Part shown: in pieces, positions 42,992-52,276 of the stretch
Position numbering within the stretch: position 1 is the first letter of the stretch
Layout of the letters: every line of letters begins with the position of its first letter
Source: Planctomycetota bacterium
GTDB lineage: Bacteria; Planctomycetota; UBA11346
Assembly (NCBI GenBank): GCA_003136555.1
Contig: PLEW01000138.1
Location: 29,002 to 93,001 of the forward strand
DNA length: 64,000 bases
Direction: 5' to 3'
Made by a program: the position numbers and the translations under genes
The notes under the pieces: generated by a model
Told to the model about the DNA's origin: nothing
The model's database searches: none
The model's input: the letters and a program-made list of their open reading frames with translations, nothing else

Positions 42992-45694
42992 ATGGCACGA
43001 CTTCCCGAGAAGACCCTCCTGCTGTCCGACCTGGCGACGATCGAGCGCGAGATCGCGGTGCTGGAGCATGCTCCGCGGGCCGAGGCGGTAGCCGGGTTCA
43101 GGGCGCTGCGCCAGCGTGAGCTGGTCAACGTCGCCAAGGCCCAGCTCGCCCAACTCGGCACCATCACCGGCCTGGATGTCGTCAGCGCCCTGGCCCTGCT
43201 CACCGATGCGATCATCCGCGCGCTTGCGCGCCGCGCCTTCGACAAGGCCGGAGCGGGGCCGGACTGGACCAGCCAGGTGGGGGTCTTCGCCCTCGGCGGC
43301 TATGGCCGCGGCGAACTCAACCCCTATTCGGACATCGATCTGATGGTGCTCGGCCTTGATGCGCGCTCGCCGGCATGGCTGACGGCGGCCAATGCCGAGC
43401 TTCAGACCCTGCTGTGGGACGTCAAATTCACCGTCGGCGCCAGCCTGCGCAGCCTGCCCGATCTGGAGCGCATCATCGATGAGGATTTCGTCACAGCCAC
43501 TGCTGTGATCGAGCAGCGCAGCCTGATGGCCGGGGCGCGCATCGAGGAGGGGATGAACGAGCTCTTGGCGCGCTTCCGCCGCCGCCGCTGCAATCCCTAC
43601 CTGAAGTTCAAGATCGAGGAGCTCGAGAAGCGGCGCAGCCAGGCCGGCGTCAGCATCTTCCAGATGGAGCCCAACCTCAAGTCCAACCCCGGCGGCTTGC
43701 GCGACGTGCAGCTCCTGCGCAATGCCGCCTACATCGTCTACGGCAGCCGCGAGATCGCCGCGCTCAGCGAGCTCGAGGTGATCACCCTCGACGACCTCAA
43801 GCAGGTCGAGGCCAACAACGACTACCTGCTCCTGCTGCGCTCCCTGCTGCACTGCCATCATCAGCGCAAGCAGGATGTCTTCCAGCTCGCTGACCAGGTG
43901 CGGGTGGCGAAGCAGTTCGGCTACCAGGACGTCAGCCGTCTGCGCGCGGTCGAGCATTTCATGAAGCTGCATTTCGCCCGCGCGCTGCACGTGCACCAGA
44001 TGGTCGAGCTGTGCATCAGCCGTCTGCGCGCCAAGGGCCATCTCGGGCGCTGGACCCTGCTGATCAAGACGCGGCGCACCATCGACAAGGATTTCGTCTC
44101 GGTCCAGGGCCAGGTCTACCTCGCCCATGGGGACTTCTGGTCGCTGGCAGACGCTGGGCAGCGCTTGCTGCGCATGTGCCGCTCGGCCCAGATGCGTTCG
44201 CTGCGCCTCAGCTTGGAGTTGCAGCGCGCCATCAACGCGAACCTGTGGGTGGTCACCGACGAGGTGCGCTCCGACAGGGCCGTCGCCCGGGTCTTCCTCG
44301 ACATCATCGGCGACCTCGGCCGGACGCGGGCGATCCTCGAGGACATGCACAACTCCGGCCTGCTCGGCGCCTACCTGCCTGAATTCGGCAACCTGACATG
44401 CCATATGCAGTTCGGCAGCTATCACCAGTTCACCGTCGATCAGCACACCCTGTTCGCGATGGGCAACCTGGACGAGGTGGCGAACGCAACCGTCAACGGC
44501 CTGCCAGGCATGCGCACGATCTTCCCGAGCGTCAAGCGCAAGGACGTGCTCGCGCTCGGGCTGCTCCTGCATGACATGGGCAAGTACATGGGCCGGGGCC
44601 ATGTCCCGCGCGGCGCCCTGATGGTCTCCCAGGTCGCCCATCGCCTCGGCTTCGACGAGACCGAGGAGGACCTGTTCTACTTCCTGGTCGAGCGCCATGT
44701 TGTGCTCTCCGACGCCAGCCGCATGCGCGACTTCAATGAACCCCAGTTCATCGCCACCCTTGCGGGCATGATGGGCAACCAGGACCGGCTCGACATGCTC
44801 TACTGCCTGACCTGGGCGGATGCCAAGGCGGTCGGCGAAGGGGTGCTGACCGGCTGGCAGGAGGCCCTGCTCGGCGAGCTCTACCAGGCGCTGAGCGCGC
44901 GCTTCCGGGCAGGCGGCCAGACGGTGTCGACCAGCCGGCTCGAGATGCTCGGGCAGGAGCTGGTCGCCACCGGCGTCGGCAAGGCGCAGGCGGCCGCCTT
45001 CCTCGCCGATCTGCCCCACAACTACCTGCACCAGGTCCCACCCGGCGATCCACCCAAGCACTTCCGCGTCCTCGAGCAGGCGCGCGCCACCGGGGTCGGG
45101 GTGAGCTACGAGCTCAAGGACAAGTACATCCTTCTCGCCGCCGCAGTGCCGGACCGCCATGCGCTGTTCGCCGATGTCACCGCGACCTTGAGCGGGCACG
45201 GCTTCGACATCATCGATGCGCGCACCTGGGTGACCCATTCCGGCATGGTGGTCTACAGCTACCGGCTCTCGACCATCTATCCGACGCGTGTGCGCGAGGA
45301 GGAGGCCTGGACGCGCTTCCGCAAGGATCTGCTCGCCGTCTCGACCGGGAAGCTCAGCGCCGAGACCCTGCTCGCCAAGCGCCGCAACAGCATGGCGGTG
45401 GCGAAGCCCGCCGATAGCGGCTTCGATGATCCGGCGGTGAAGGTCGAGCAGCGCACCAGCGAGCACCACACCATCGTCGACATCCACACCAAGGACGAAG
45501 TGGGCCTGCTCAGCCGGCTCTGCCGCAGCATCTCCTCCTACGGCTGCGAGATCTCCTTCGCCTGCATCAACACCATGGGCGATGTGGCGGTCGACGTCTT
45601 CTACGTGGACAAGGCCGGGGCCAAGCTCAGCGATGACGAAGCCGAGGGCCTGCGCCAGCATCTGATCGCCAGCCTCAACCTCGCCACCGCCTGA
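42992..45694 (+). CDS. glnD: [Protein-PII] uridylyltransferase / uridylyl-removing enzyme
   Basis: Nucleotidyltransferase (GGYGRGELNPYSDIDLMVL), HD domain (LLLHDMGK), two C-terminal ACT domains. Alternative TTG start at 42956. Confidence 0.93.
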   Translation: MARLPEKTLLLSDLATIEREIAVLEHAPRAEAVAGFRALRQRELVNVAKAQLAQLGTITGLDVVSALALLTDAIIRALARRAFDKAGAGPDWTSQVGVFALGGYGRGELNPYSDIDLMVLGLDARSPAWLTAANAELQTLLWDVKFTVGASLRSLPDLERIIDEDFVTATAVIEQRSLMAGARIEEGMNELLARFRRRRCNPYLKFKIEELEKRRSQAGVSIFQMEPNLKSNPGGLRDVQLLRNAAYIVYGSREIAALSELEVITLDDLKQVEANNDYLLLLRSLLHCHHQRKQDVFQLADQVRVAKQFGYQDVSRLRAVEHFMKLHFARALHVHQMVELCISRLRAKGHLGRWTLLIKTRRTIDKDFVSVQGQVYLAHGDFWSLADAGQRLLRMCRSAQMRSLRLSLELQRAINANLWVVTDEVRSDRAVARVFLDIIGDLGRTRAILEDMHNSGLLGAYLPEFGNLTCHMQFGSYHQFTVDQHTLFAMGNLDEVANATVNGLPGMRTIFPSVKRKDVLALGLLLHDMGKYMGRGHVPRGALMVSQVAHRLGFDETEEDLFYFLVERHVVLSDASRMRDFNEPQFIATLAGMMGNQDRLDMLYCLTWADAKAVGEGVLTGWQEALLGELYQALSARFRAGGQTVSTSRLEMLGQELVATGVGKAQAAAFLADLPHNYLHQVPPGDPPKHFRVLEQARATGVGVSYELKDKYILLAAAVPDRHALFADVTATLSGHGFDIIDARTWVTHSGMVVYSYRLSTIYPTRVREEEAWTRFRKDLLAVSTGKLSAETLLAKRRNSMAVAKPADSGFDDPAVKVEQRTSEHHTIVDIHTKDEVGLLSRLCRSISSYGCEISFACINTMGDVAVDVFYVDKAGAKLSDDEAEGLRQHLIASLNLATA

Positions 45695-45722
45695 CCCGCG
45701 CGCCAGCGCCAGCGCGCGCGGG
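45695..45722 (+). terminator. GC-only hairpin immediately after the glnD stop
   Basis: CCCGCGCGC-10 nt-GCGCGCGGG, a perfect 9-bp stem starting 1 nt after the stop. No U tract, so function is uncertain. Confidence 0.3.
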
Positions 45723-45880
45723 TGCCCGGTCAGGCTGGCCTGGGCCCCGCCAGCCACCGTCCAGACCCCCGGTCCGCCGCCGCGTCCGCCCGCAGTTTTG
45801 CGCGAACCATGACCAAGCTCCTGCGTCCATACCGCCAGGCAGGCCGCCATGCCATAACCCGTCGATTCTCAGGCGCCCTC

Positions 45881-46698
45881 ATGATCCCGCAGACCATCCT
45901 GCTCGGGGCATTCTCGGTGGCCTGCCTGCTGGGCGCTGCCGATCCGTCCGGCGACTTGGCTGAGCGCTTCGCCCTCGCCAGCGATCGCGCAGCCGTGGTC
46001 GACCGCCTGATCCCCGGGACCGATGACTACTATTACTACCGCGGGCTGCTGGATCAGCAGCAGGGCAAGCTGCTCGAGGCCGACGAGCTGCTGAAGTCAT
46101 GGGATGCCGCGCTGAGCGAGGGCAAGCGCAGCGATCCTCGCCAAGACTGCCTGGCCGAGCGCCAAGCGGTGCTGTGGTTCGAGCGCGATCCGGTCGAGGG
46201 CGCCCGCCGTCTGCAGCGCTGCCTGGAGATCTCCTTCGATGCACCGGCGTCGCCAGCGCGGTAGTCGAGCGCTGCAGCTTTGTGAAGGCCGAGATCGAGC
46301 AGGAGGTGGTCCTCGACCCGCAGCAGGCGGTCGTGGATCTCCCGCTGCCCGAGGCGCTGCGCAATCGCAATCTTGCCATCGAGGTGTCGGGCGCCGGCGA
46401 GCGGCAGATGCTCTCCTCGTTCGCCAACGTCCTCGATGTCCGGCTGGCGCCGCGGGATGGCCAGGTGCAGGTCCTGCATGCGGGCGATGGCAAGCCGCTC
46501 AGCGCGGTCTACGTCAAGGTCTATGCGGAGGAAGCCAGCGGGCAGGTTCACTTCCACAAGGACGGCTACACCGATCTGCGCGGGCGCTTCGACTATGCCA
46601 GCCTGAACGCCGACCCGCTGAGCGGCTGCAAGCGGCTGGCGCGCTATATCGACGCCGATGGCGCTGGCGCCAGCGTGCAGCAGGTCTCGCCCCCGTAG
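45881..46698 (+). pseudogene. Frame-disrupted secreted protein gene (or two adjacent small genes)
   Basis: Frame 1 (from ATG 45881, signal peptide MIPQTILLGAFSVACLLGA) keeps high GC3 until about 46240 and stops at 46264. A second frame shows high GC3 only from about 46250 to the stop at 46698 (..VYVKVYAEEASGQVHFHKDGYTDLRGRFDYASL..). The 166-nt formal overlap looks coding in only one frame at a time. Confidence 0.5.
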
Positions 46699-46727
46699 CA
46701 CCGGCCGGCTGGCGCGTGCTGGTCGAC

Positions 46728-47036
46728 CTAGACCGCGTGGTGCTCTGCAGCCAGGTGATCGAGAAGCACGGCGAGCTGCACGTCGAGCGCGGTGACCTGA
46801 TTGCCGGCATCATGGGTGCGCAGCTGCACGGTGATGCGGTTGTAGACGTTGGTCCACTCCGGATGGTGATCGAGCCGATCGATGGCGTCGACCCCGGCCT
46901 GCATGTAGGCGATCGCCGCCTTGAAGGTGGTGAAGCGGTAGGTGCGTACCAGGCCGCCGGTGGTGCCGGTCCAGCCAGGCAGGGCACCAAGCGCCTGGGT
47001 CACCTGTGCCGCGGTCAGGGCAGTGGCGGTGGGCAT
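46728..47036 (-). CDS. Pterin-4-alpha-carbinolamine dehydratase
   Basis: ..LPGW......L.RTYRF..F..A..YM..V...D.LDHHPEWTNVYNRITVQLRTHDAG..T..D matches the PCD/DCoH signature. Confidence 0.88.
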   Translation of the reverse strand: MPTATALTAAQVTQALGALPGWTGTTGGLVRTYRFTTFKAAIAYMQAGVDAIDRLDHHPEWTNVYNRITVQLRTHDAGNQVTALDVQLAVLLDHLAAEHHAV

Positions 47037-47148
47037 ATGGTCTCCTCGCGTGTGGTGGAGGTCGCCCTCCCGGTGTCCAGACTGTACCGCTGCGGCAGGC
47101 CTGGTGCACCGTTATGGTAGGCCCTGCGCGGCACCCGCCACCGCCAAA

Positions 47149-48036
47149 TCATGGACGAGCCCGCTCAGTCCGCACCAGCAGCTCGGCGAAGGCGAGGCGG
47201 TCGGCGCTGGCGATCTCAGCCAACCAGCGCTTGGCATCCTCCGGGTAGCCCGCCGTCGGGCGCAGTCCCGGCTGGCGCTGGACGAACCAGCGGTTGAGCA
47301 GCAGCATGTGCAGTTCGCGGGCGTACTTGGCGATGCAGCTGGCGATCGCCGTCAGCGGGCTCGCCGATTCGCCATCGACGAGGAAGGCGACGCGCTGGGG
47401 GCCGCCAGGACCCTCGGCGAGGTAGCGGCTCGCCAACGGGCCCTCCTCCTCGATCAGCACCAGCGCATTGCCCCAGGAACGCTGCACCAGGTCGCGGTAG
47501 TACCGCCTCCCACCCAGACGGTCGACCACCGTCGTCGACGGGCCCGAGCGCGGCATGCCTGCCAACAGGCTGCTGACCAGCTCCAGTTCGAGTTCGGCCT
47601 TGTTGCTCCCCGAGCCGATGCTGCGGCTGTAGGCGCGGGGATGGACGATGCGTCCCGCGACGCCGAGCGGCCGGATGCCGGGCAGGGACCATCCCTGGCT
47701 GTGGGAGCGGGCGACCGGCAGGGCGAGCTCCGCCGCGCCGGCCATCCAGGGAGCCTGACCGCGATCCTCCTCCTGCTCGCCCAGGAGGGCGAACAGCGAC
47801 GCGGCGGTGGCCGGCTGCGCGCCCACCAGCCAGCCGACCGCCGAACGGGCGACCGTCTCCAGGGGCGCGAGATCGCCGGGGCGGTGCAGCTGCTTGCTGT
47901 CGCGCACCCCGGTGGCGGCTGCGGCGAAGGTGGAGCGCAGGGTGTCGTCGTCGGCGCAGTCGGCCTGCACCGATACCACGCACAGCGGTCCGAGGGTCGG
48001 ACCGTAGCCGGCTTCATCGATGCCCATGCACAGCAT
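47149..48036 (-). CDS. RNase HII-like protein with a large internal insertion
   Basis: MGIDEAGYGPTLGPLCV (DEAG motif), GVRDSKQL, ..VDGESASPLTAIASCIAKYARELHM. 295 aa, compared with about 200 aa as I recall it for typical RNase HII. Confidence 0.65.
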   Translation of the reverse strand: MLCMGIDEAGYGPTLGPLCVVSVQADCADDDTLRSTFAAAATGVRDSKQLHRPGDLAPLETVARSAVGWLVGAQPATAASLFALLGEQEEDRGQAPWMAGAAELALPVARSHSQGWSLPGIRPLGVAGRIVHPRAYSRSIGSGSNKAELELELVSSLLAGMPRSGPSTTVVDRLGGRRYYRDLVQRSWGNALVLIEEEGPLASRYLAEGPGGPQRVAFLVDGESASPLTAIASCIAKYARELHMLLLNRWFVQRQPGLRPTAGYPEDAKRWLAEIASADRLAFAELLVRTERARP

Positions 48037-48133
48037 GGCCAGGACGCTAGTGGTCCCCGGCGCAACGCCATGGCCGATTGCGTGGGGATGTGGCGACCGT
48101 GGCCAGCGACGGACCAGGCACTAGCATGCGCTG

Positions 48134-48607
48134 GTGCGCTCCGTGGTCCTCCTCGCCATCGCCCTGGCTCTGAGCCTGCTGCAATACAGTTGGCTGGCGC
48201 AGTGGGCGGTCACCCCGGACCTGCCGCTCGCCCTCGCGGCCTGGGCGATGGTCGACGGGACAGAGGATGGGGTGCTGTGGCGCGCCTGGCTGATCGGCAT
48301 CGTCGCCGACTTCGTGGATCCAGGCAGCGAGTATTTCCATGCCATCACCTACCTCCTCCTGGCGCTCGCCTATCTGCCGCTGCGCAGCCTGGTCTTCCGC
48401 ACCCGTTCGACCGCCTGGGCGAGCTGGGCCGCGGTATGCTCCATCCTCGCCGCCCTGGCGGATGGCTGGATCTCCGGCTTCGGCGACAGTACCTGGAAGA
48501 CCATGGCCCTGAGCGCGGGCGAGACGGCGGTATGCGCCATGGCGGTGGGCTGGCTGTTCGGCGGCCTGCGCGGCTCCTGGCACCCGGTGGGCAAGGGCGG
48601 TGCCTGA
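48134..48607 (+). CDS. Small polytopic membrane protein, MreD-like
   Basis: GTG start. High GC3. Five hydrophobic segments. ..WLIGIVADFVDPGSEYFHAITYLLLA.. resembles the MreD central motif. No mreBC adjacent. Confidence 0.55.
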   Translation: MRSVVLLAIALALSLLQYSWLAQWAVTPDLPLALAAWAMVDGTEDGVLWRAWLIGIVADFVDPGSEYFHAITYLLLALAYLPLRSLVFRTRSTAWASWAAVCSILAALADGWISGFGDSTWKTMALSAGETAVCAMAVGWLFGGLRGSWHPVGKGGA

Positions 48608-48611
48608 GCGC

Positions 48612-49823
48612 TCAGCCACGCCGGTCGGCCGGGATGGCGATGCCGACCTGGCTCAGCACCTCGGTGGCGTAGCAGCCGGAGGGCAGCGCGAATTCGATCC
48701 AGGCCGGCTCCCCGGGCGTCACCGTCGCAGGGGTGCGGAAGGGCGTCACCAATGCTCGCCGTTCGCCCGGGCTCTCGAGCGCTCCGCCAACGTCCAGCCA
48801 GCTCCAGGCGATGCCGGTCGCTGCCGCCCAGGAGCGTTCCTGGGCTTCGATGTCCGGTAGCGGACGCAGCCTGCTGGTACCCGGCAGGGGGGCGGTGGCG
48901 AAGGCATCGAGGGTGCCTGGAGCGCTGCGCCGGTTGGTCGCATCGAGATCATCGGCGGTGACCAGGAAGGGTGCACCGCGGGTGGTGCAGCCGAGATCGC
49001 CGACCCGCAGGGTATGCACCAGCCCGGCGTCCTGACGTGCGGTGAGGATGGCATTGAACACCGCGCTCTGGGCTGCCGATGCCACCAGCTTGCGCAGTTC
49101 CCCGGCAGCGCGCAATGCTGCCGGGGCATCGTCGGCTCGGCGGCGCAAGGCGGCCAGCACCTGGCCTTCGGGGCCGTGCCGGAACCCGCTTGGCAGGGGC
49201 TCGCCGAACTGCCAGTGTCCGCTGGGATCGATGATGCGCGCGACCGCGCCGGCAAGATCGCCCGCACCCCAGGCCTTCGCCGTCGCCAGCGTCGAGCCGC
49301 CGATGCCGAAGCGCTGTTCGCCGAAGCGGTTGCGGATACCCTCGTGGGCCAGCCGCGCCAGCGCTGCGCTGACGCGCTCCAGCTCGGCTGGGTCGCCGAG
49401 TCCGCCGATGGCGAGGCGGAAGCGGTTGCCGCTGAGATGGCCGAGACGCAGCTTGTTGCCATGGCGTCCGACATTCAGGACGGCAATGCGCCCGCGCCCG
49501 GCGAGGCCGGGGAGCTGCGCCAGCCTGCTCTCGTCGCCAGCCAGGATGCTGAACCACTGGCGGGTGATGGCATGGCGGTCCTTGCGGCCGGCGAAGCCGA
49601 TGTCCATCCTGCGGCAGCCCAGGCTGCGCGACATCAGCTCGACCACGGCCTCGGTGGTCAGGCCCTCCTTCTCGATCTCGACATAGAGGTGCTCGCCGCT
49701 GCCGCTCGGGGCGTAGGACGGCTCCTCGATCACCTGGAAATGCGCTGCACCGGGCAGCAGGCTCGGCCCTGCGGCAGGAGCGGGAGCGAGGCTGGGGACC
49801 AGTGGCTGTTCGCGTTCGCTCAT
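48612..49823 (-). CDS. truD: tRNA pseudouridine(13) synthase TruD
   Basis: FQVIEEPSY..GSGEHLYVEIEKEGLTT, GFAGRKDRHAITRQW (catalytic Asp), NRFGEQRFG. ATGA overlap with the upstream gene. Confidence 0.9.
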   Translation of the reverse strand: MSEREQPLVPSLAPAPAAGPSLLPGAAHFQVIEEPSYAPSGSGEHLYVEIEKEGLTTEAVVELMSRSLGCRRMDIGFAGRKDRHAITRQWFSILAGDESRLAQLPGLAGRGRIAVLNVGRHGNKLRLGHLSGNRFRLAIGGLGDPAELERVSAALARLAHEGIRNRFGEQRFGIGGSTLATAKAWGAGDLAGAVARIIDPSGHWQFGEPLPSGFRHGPEGQVLAALRRRADDAPAALRAAGELRKLVASAAQSAVFNAILTARQDAGLVHTLRVGDLGCTTRGAPFLVTADDLDATNRRSAPGTLDAFATAPLPGTSRLRPLPDIEAQERSWAAATGIAWSWLDVGGALESPGERRALVTPFRTPATVTPGEPAWIEFALPSGCYATEVLSQVGIAIPADRRG

Positions 49824-50698
49824 CGGCTGCCGGAGGAGGCGCGCTCGGCATCCCGCTTCGCCTCGCTGATGCATTGCTGGTGGTAGAGCGCGCGCAGGGT
49901 TCTGGCCCAGCGCCCGACGGCGCCATCATGGATGCTCCGGCCGTCGACCCGCACCACCGGCATGAGCTCGCGCACCGCCGAGGTGATCCACACCTCATCG
50001 GCGGTGTAGAGATCGTCGCGGGTGAGATTGCATTCGTACCATTCCAGGCCCTGGGCGGTGGCGAGCGGACGGATGCCGGCCTTAGTGATGCCGGCCAGGC
50101 AATCGACGATGGGCGTGAGCACCCGCCGCCCCTTGACGATCAGGACGTTGCTGGTCACCCCCTCGGTGACGTAGCCCTTGGCGGTGACGTAGAGCGCTTC
50201 GTGGGCGCCCGAACGCTCTGCCAGCTGGATGCCGGTCTTGCCGACCAGGTAGTTGGTGGTCTTGAGCGCAGGCAGGTGCCGGGTGGCCTCGAAGGTCACC
50301 GCCGAGACGCCCTCGCTGTAGGAGCGCTCAGGTGGGGCATGCACATCGCGTGCGATGAGCACCCAGGTCGGCGTATCGGCGCCGAAGACGCCGTCGGTGT
50401 TGCTCCCGGGGGTGACGACGAAGTTCACCCGGATCTCATCATGGCCGCTGCGCCGCTGCAGCTCGCCGATCAGCGTGCGCGCCGTCGCCTCGGTGAAGCA
50501 GGGTTGCAGGCCGAAGGCGGCGGATGACTCCCACAGGCGGCCGAGATGCTCGTGCAGCGCATGCGGCAGGCCACCGCCATAGGTGCGCAGGGTCTCGAAG
50601 GCGCCGACCCCGCGCAGGAAGCCGAGGTCGAGGACGCTGACGGTCGCTTCGGACGCGCTGACGACGCGTCCATTGACGGCAAAGAGATCGGTAGGCAT
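49820..50698 (-). CDS. Class IV PLP aminotransferase (branched-chain/D-amino-acid aminotransferase or ADC lyase-like)
   Basis: VSVLDLGFLRGVGAFETLR, LPALKTTNYLVGKTGIQLAERSGAHEAL (catalytic Lys context). About 292 aa. Confidence 0.82.
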   Translation of the reverse strand: MPTDLFAVNGRVVSASEATVSVLDLGFLRGVGAFETLRTYGGGLPHALHEHLGRLWESSAAFGLQPCFTEATARTLIGELQRRSGHDEIRVNFVVTPGSNTDGVFGADTPTWVLIARDVHAPPERSYSEGVSAVTFEATRHLPALKTTNYLVGKTGIQLAERSGAHEALYVTAKGYVTEGVTSNVLIVKGRRVLTPIVDCLAGITKAGIRPLATAQGLEWYECNLTRDDLYTADEVWITSAVRELMPVVRVDGRSIHDGAVGRWARTLRALYHQQCISEAKRDAERASSGSR

Positions 50699-50762
50699 GG
50701 GCCAGCACAGGATGGCGACGGGCAAGCCCCTGCAATGGCGGTCTGCGGTGCGCCGCCAGGGG

Positions 50763-52148
50763 TCACTCCGGCGCCAGGTCCCCGAACAGGGTCAGGCTGG
50801 TGGAGCGCGCGATGCGGATGTCGACGAGGTCGCCGATCACCTGGTCGCGAGATGCCCCATCCGGCGCATAGCGCGGGAAGACGATGTTGAGGTTGCCGAT
50901 CGAGCGGCCGCACAGCATGGCATCGTCATTCTTGCTCGGTCCTTCGACCAGCACCGCCCGGCTCTGGCCGTGGAGGGTGGCGTAGTGCTGACCCTGATGG
51001 GTCAGCTGCAGGTCGAGCAGGCGGGTGCAGCGTTCGCGCTTGACCTGCTCCGGCACATCATCGGGGAGGTGCGCGGAGGGTGTCGCCGGGCGCTGGGAGT
51101 ACATGAATACGTAGGAGCTGGCGAAGCGCACCTCCTCCATCAGGCTGACGGTATCATTGAAGTCGGCATTGCTCTCGCGCGGGAATCCGACGATGAAATC
51201 GGACAGCAGCTCGATGTCCGGCATGCGCCTGCGTGCGCGCTCGACCAGGACCAGGTATTCGCCGCGGGTGTAGCGCCTGCCCATCAGCCGCAGCATGCGG
51301 TCCGAGCCGCTCTGCGCCGGCACATGCAGGTGCTTGGCGACCTTGGGCAGCTCGGCCATGGTGTCGAGCAGCTCGTCGGTGATGTCCTTGGGATGGCTGG
51401 TGACGAAGCGCAGCCGCTTCAGCCCCGGGATGGGGTGCAGGCGGCGCAGCAGGCTCGCCAGGGTGCTGCCATCGCCCAGGGTCTTGCCGTAGGCATCGAC
51501 GGTCTGGCCGAGGAGCGTCACCTGGACGAATCCCTCGGCGGCGAGGCGGCGCACCTCCTCCTCGATCTGCTCCGCCGGCCGGCTCTTCTCCTTGCCCCGG
51601 GTGGCTGGAACGACGCAATAGGTGCAGTTGTAGTTGCAGCCACGCATGATCGGCACCCAGGCATTGATGCCTGCTGCCCTCTGGGCCGGCCACAGCGTGC
51701 TCTCGAAGTCCCCGAACTCGGTTGCGGCGATGCGCCGACCGGTCTCGATCTCCTCGAGCAGCTGCGGCAGGTGGACGAACTGATCGGTGCCGACCACCAG
51801 GTCGAGTTGGGGATAGGCGCTCAGCAGGGCGTCCTTCTCGCGCTGCGCCATGCAGCCCATCAGCGCGATGCGCAGTTCTGGTCGCAGGCGCTTGATCGGC
51901 TTGAGCGCGCCCAGGCGGCCGCGCACCTTGGCCTCCGCATGGTCGCGCACGGCGCAGGTGTTGAACAGCACCAGGCTCGCCAGATCCATGTGCTCAGTGC
52001 GCTGATAGCCGGCGCTATGCAAACGTGCCAGGACCACTTCGGTGTCGGAATGATTCATCTGGCAACCGAAGGTCTCGATGTAGACCGTCCTGCTGCCAGG
52101 CTGCGCAGCCATCGCCTGATCGATCGGAGCCGCTGGAAGGGGGGACAT
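50763..52148 (-). CDS. miaB: tRNA-2-methylthio-N6-dimethylallyladenosine synthase
   Basis: From ATG 52148: VYIETFGCQMNHSD (UPF0004 domain), radical-SAM MRGCNYNCTYCVVP, C-terminal TRAM domain. Confidence 0.93.
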   Translation of the reverse strand: MSPLPAAPIDQAMAAQPGSRTVYIETFGCQMNHSDTEVVLARLHSAGYQRTEHMDLASLVLFNTCAVRDHAEAKVRGRLGALKPIKRLRPELRIALMGCMAQREKDALLSAYPQLDLVVGTDQFVHLPQLLEEIETGRRIAATEFGDFESTLWPAQRAAGINAWVPIMRGCNYNCTYCVVPATRGKEKSRPAEQIEEEVRRLAAEGFVQVTLLGQTVDAYGKTLGDGSTLASLLRRLHPIPGLKRLRFVTSHPKDITDELLDTMAELPKVAKHLHVPAQSGSDRMLRLMGRRYTRGEYLVLVERARRRMPDIELLSDFIVGFPRESNADFNDTVSLMEEVRFASSYVFMYSQRPATPSAHLPDDVPEQVKRERCTRLLDLQLTHQGQHYATLHGQSRAVLVEGPSKNDDAMLCGRSIGNLNIVFPRYAPDGASRDQVIGDLVDIRIARSTSLTLFGDLAPE

Positions 52149-52276
52149 GCCGGGGACTCTAGCATCCTGGCGGCAACCGCAACGAGGCACCGGCTGGACC
52201 GTCTCCTGGCTGGTATGTCCTTGCCCATGCCGGCCATAGTGGGGATAGTGTGCCACGCGATTACTATAGGAATCCC

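Noticed and set aside
42752-45850. 1032-aa minus-strand ORF, the longest unexplained ORF in the track
   Set aside because: It is exactly antisense to glnD. Its composition is Ala/Gly/Arg/His/Asp-rich with no motifs. This is a typical stop-codon-poor shadow frame in high-GC DNA.
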